In this document: positions 17,514 to 18,738 of the stretch, piece by piece
Position numbering within the stretch: position 1 is the first letter of the stretch
Layout of the letters: every line of letters starts with the position of its first letter
Source: an uncultured Deinococcales bacterium
GTDB lineage: Bacteria > Deinococcota > Deinococci > Deinococcales > JAAFIG01
Length of the DNA: 18,738 nucleotides
NCBI GenBank assembly: GCA_964247135.1
Contig: CAXTTL010000079.1
Location: forward strand, 1 to 18,738
Reading direction: 5' to 3'
Notes under the pieces: model-generated
The model's database searches: none
Seen by the model: only the letters and a program-made list of their open reading frames with translations
Told to the model about the DNA's origin: nothing
Translations under genes and position numbers: made by a program

Positions 17514-17544
17514 ACCAGACCAAGTATAGCAGACCAGACCAAGT
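17514..17544 (-). promoter_or_regulatory. TA promoter -10 (TATACT) with 12-bp direct repeats; putative operator
   Basis: ACCAGACCAAGT at 17514-17525 and 17533-17544. Minus-strand TATACT at 17523-17528. Confidence 0.6.
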
Positions 17545-17549
17545 TGTGA

Positions 17550-17589
17550 AAACAAAAAATGCTCGAGATCAAATTAAAATCTCGAGCAT
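17550..17589 (-). terminator. Intrinsic terminator after the P5C dehydrogenase gene
   Basis: Minus strand ATGCTCGAGAT-9 nt-ATCTCGAGCAT then TTTTTGTTTT. Confidence 0.75.
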
Positions 17590-17601
17590 CAGTTGTGCAG
17601 T

Positions 17602-18738
17602 TCAGATTTTTCGGGCAATGCTTTTCATCTGCATAAAATGCAGCAAATAATCGGGTCCACCGCCTTTGGAATCCGTTCCCGACAAGTTAAACCCACCAAA
17701 CGGATGCGAACCCACCATCGCGCCAGTAATCTTGCGATTGAGGTACAAATTCCCAACGTGCAATTCGCGTTCGGCAAGCTCGAGACGGTTTTCATCGCTC
17801 GAGAACAAACCGCCCGTCAAACCGTATTCGGTGTCGTTGACCACGTGCATGGCTTCGTCAAAATTCTTGACGGGAATGACTGCCAAAATTGGTCCAAAAA
17901 TTTCTTCTTGCGCCATCCTCGAGTCTGGTTTCAGGTCGGCAACGATGGTCGGTTGAATGAAGTAACCCTCACCGTTTCCAACCGCGCCACCGAGCGCCAC
18001 ACGTCCTTCTTTGGGGGCGAGCGCGAGGTACGTCTGTGATTTTTCGTAACTTTCCTGGTTGATGACGGCGTTGACGTTCGCGTTGTCTTCGGCTTGACCC
18101 ATCACCAGTTTTTGGGTTTTTGCCACGACTTTCTGGAGCAATTCTGGATAAACATCTTGCACCACAATCAACCTCGAGAGGGCGCTGCATTTTTGACCCG
18201 CGAACCCGAACGCCCCAGCCACGGCGGCATCGGCGGCGGCATCCAGGTCGGCGGTTTCGTCCACGACCATGCCGTCTTTACCACCAAGCTCGAGGGTCAC
18301 GCGTTTGATCCAGCGTTGTCCTGGTTGGACTTTGGCGGCTTCGGCGTTGATCCACAAGCCGACGTTTTTCGAGCCTGTGAAGTTGATGAAGCGCGTTTTT
18401 GGATGCTCGACCAGCGTCTTGCCAACCACTTCGCCCAGCCCTGGCAAAAAGTTGATCACACCTGCGGGCAGTCCAGCCTCGAGCAGCACATCCACCGCCC
18501 ATGCTGCGATCACGCCAGCGTCTTCGGCGGGTTTGACGATCATGGTGTTGCCCGCCACGATGGGCGCGGCGGCTTGCCCCAAGAAAATCGCCAGCGGAAA
18601 ATTCCAGGGTGTGATGCTGACGCCCACACCAAGCGGAATGTACTCGGCATGGTCGCGCTCTCCAGGCATTTGAAAGGTTTCAATCGGTTTGCAGTGAATC
18701 AAAGCTTGACGGGCGTAATACTCGAGGAAATCAATCGC
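17602..18738 (-). CDS. pruA: 1-pyrroline-5-carboxylate (L-glutamate gamma-semialdehyde) dehydrogenase, 5'-partial
   Basis: The frame is open to the window edge (AIDFLEYYAR). PWNFP, FTGS, ELGGKD, GQKCSA, EEIFGP, GNLYLNRKITGA and PFGGFNLSGT motifs. Confidence 0.93.
   Translation of the reverse strand, partial: AIDFLEYYARQALIHCKPIETFQMPGERDHAEYIPLGVGVSITPWNFPLAIFLGQAAAPIVAGNTMIVKPAEDAGVIAAWAVDVLLEAGLPAGVINFLPGLGEVVGKTLVEHPKTRFINFTGSKNVGLWINAEAAKVQPGQRWIKRVTLELGGKDGMVVDETADLDAAADAAVAGAFGFAGQKCSALSRLIVVQDVYPELLQKVVAKTQKLVMGQAEDNANVNAVINQESYEKSQTYLALAPKEGRVALGGAVGNGEGYFIQPTIVADLKPDSRMAQEEIFGPILAVIPVKNFDEAMHVVNDTEYGLTGGLFSSDENRLELAERELHVGNLYLNRKITGAMVGSHPFGGFNLSGTDSKGGGPDYLLHFMQMKSIARKI

Overview
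The host DNA looks Deinococcota-like: leaderless TANNNT promoters and a heavy excess of CTCGAG. Positions 1-3661 are the lower-GC end of a Tn7-like transposon. It carries tnsA-tnsB-tniB/tnsC on the minus strand with ATGA overlaps, four putative TnsB-binding repeats and a terminal TGT at 3661. The ATPase looks C-terminally truncated. The chromosomal part encodes a saccharopine-dehydrogenase/CANSDH-like oxidoreductase, a hypothetical protein, glpX, a patatin, a large SARP(BTAD)-AAA-TPR regulator, a 63-aa protein, an Ig-like lipoprotein, rsmF, a membrane-anchored hypothetical protein, acpS, a Phd/VapC toxin-antitoxin pair and a partial P5C dehydrogenase. Four non-obvious signals stand out. (1) Two identically spaced TGAAACG-N4-TGAAACG-N9-(-10) boxes suggest a SARP/microprotein/lipoprotein module. 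(2) A tandem, hairpin-forming repeat leader sits upstream of the putative polyamine oxidoreductase. (3) A GTAG-type palindrome is translated in frame inside rsmF. (4) CTCGAG is over-represented in a HIP1-like way in host DNA but much less so in the transposon. All calls come from reading by eye; no searches were run.
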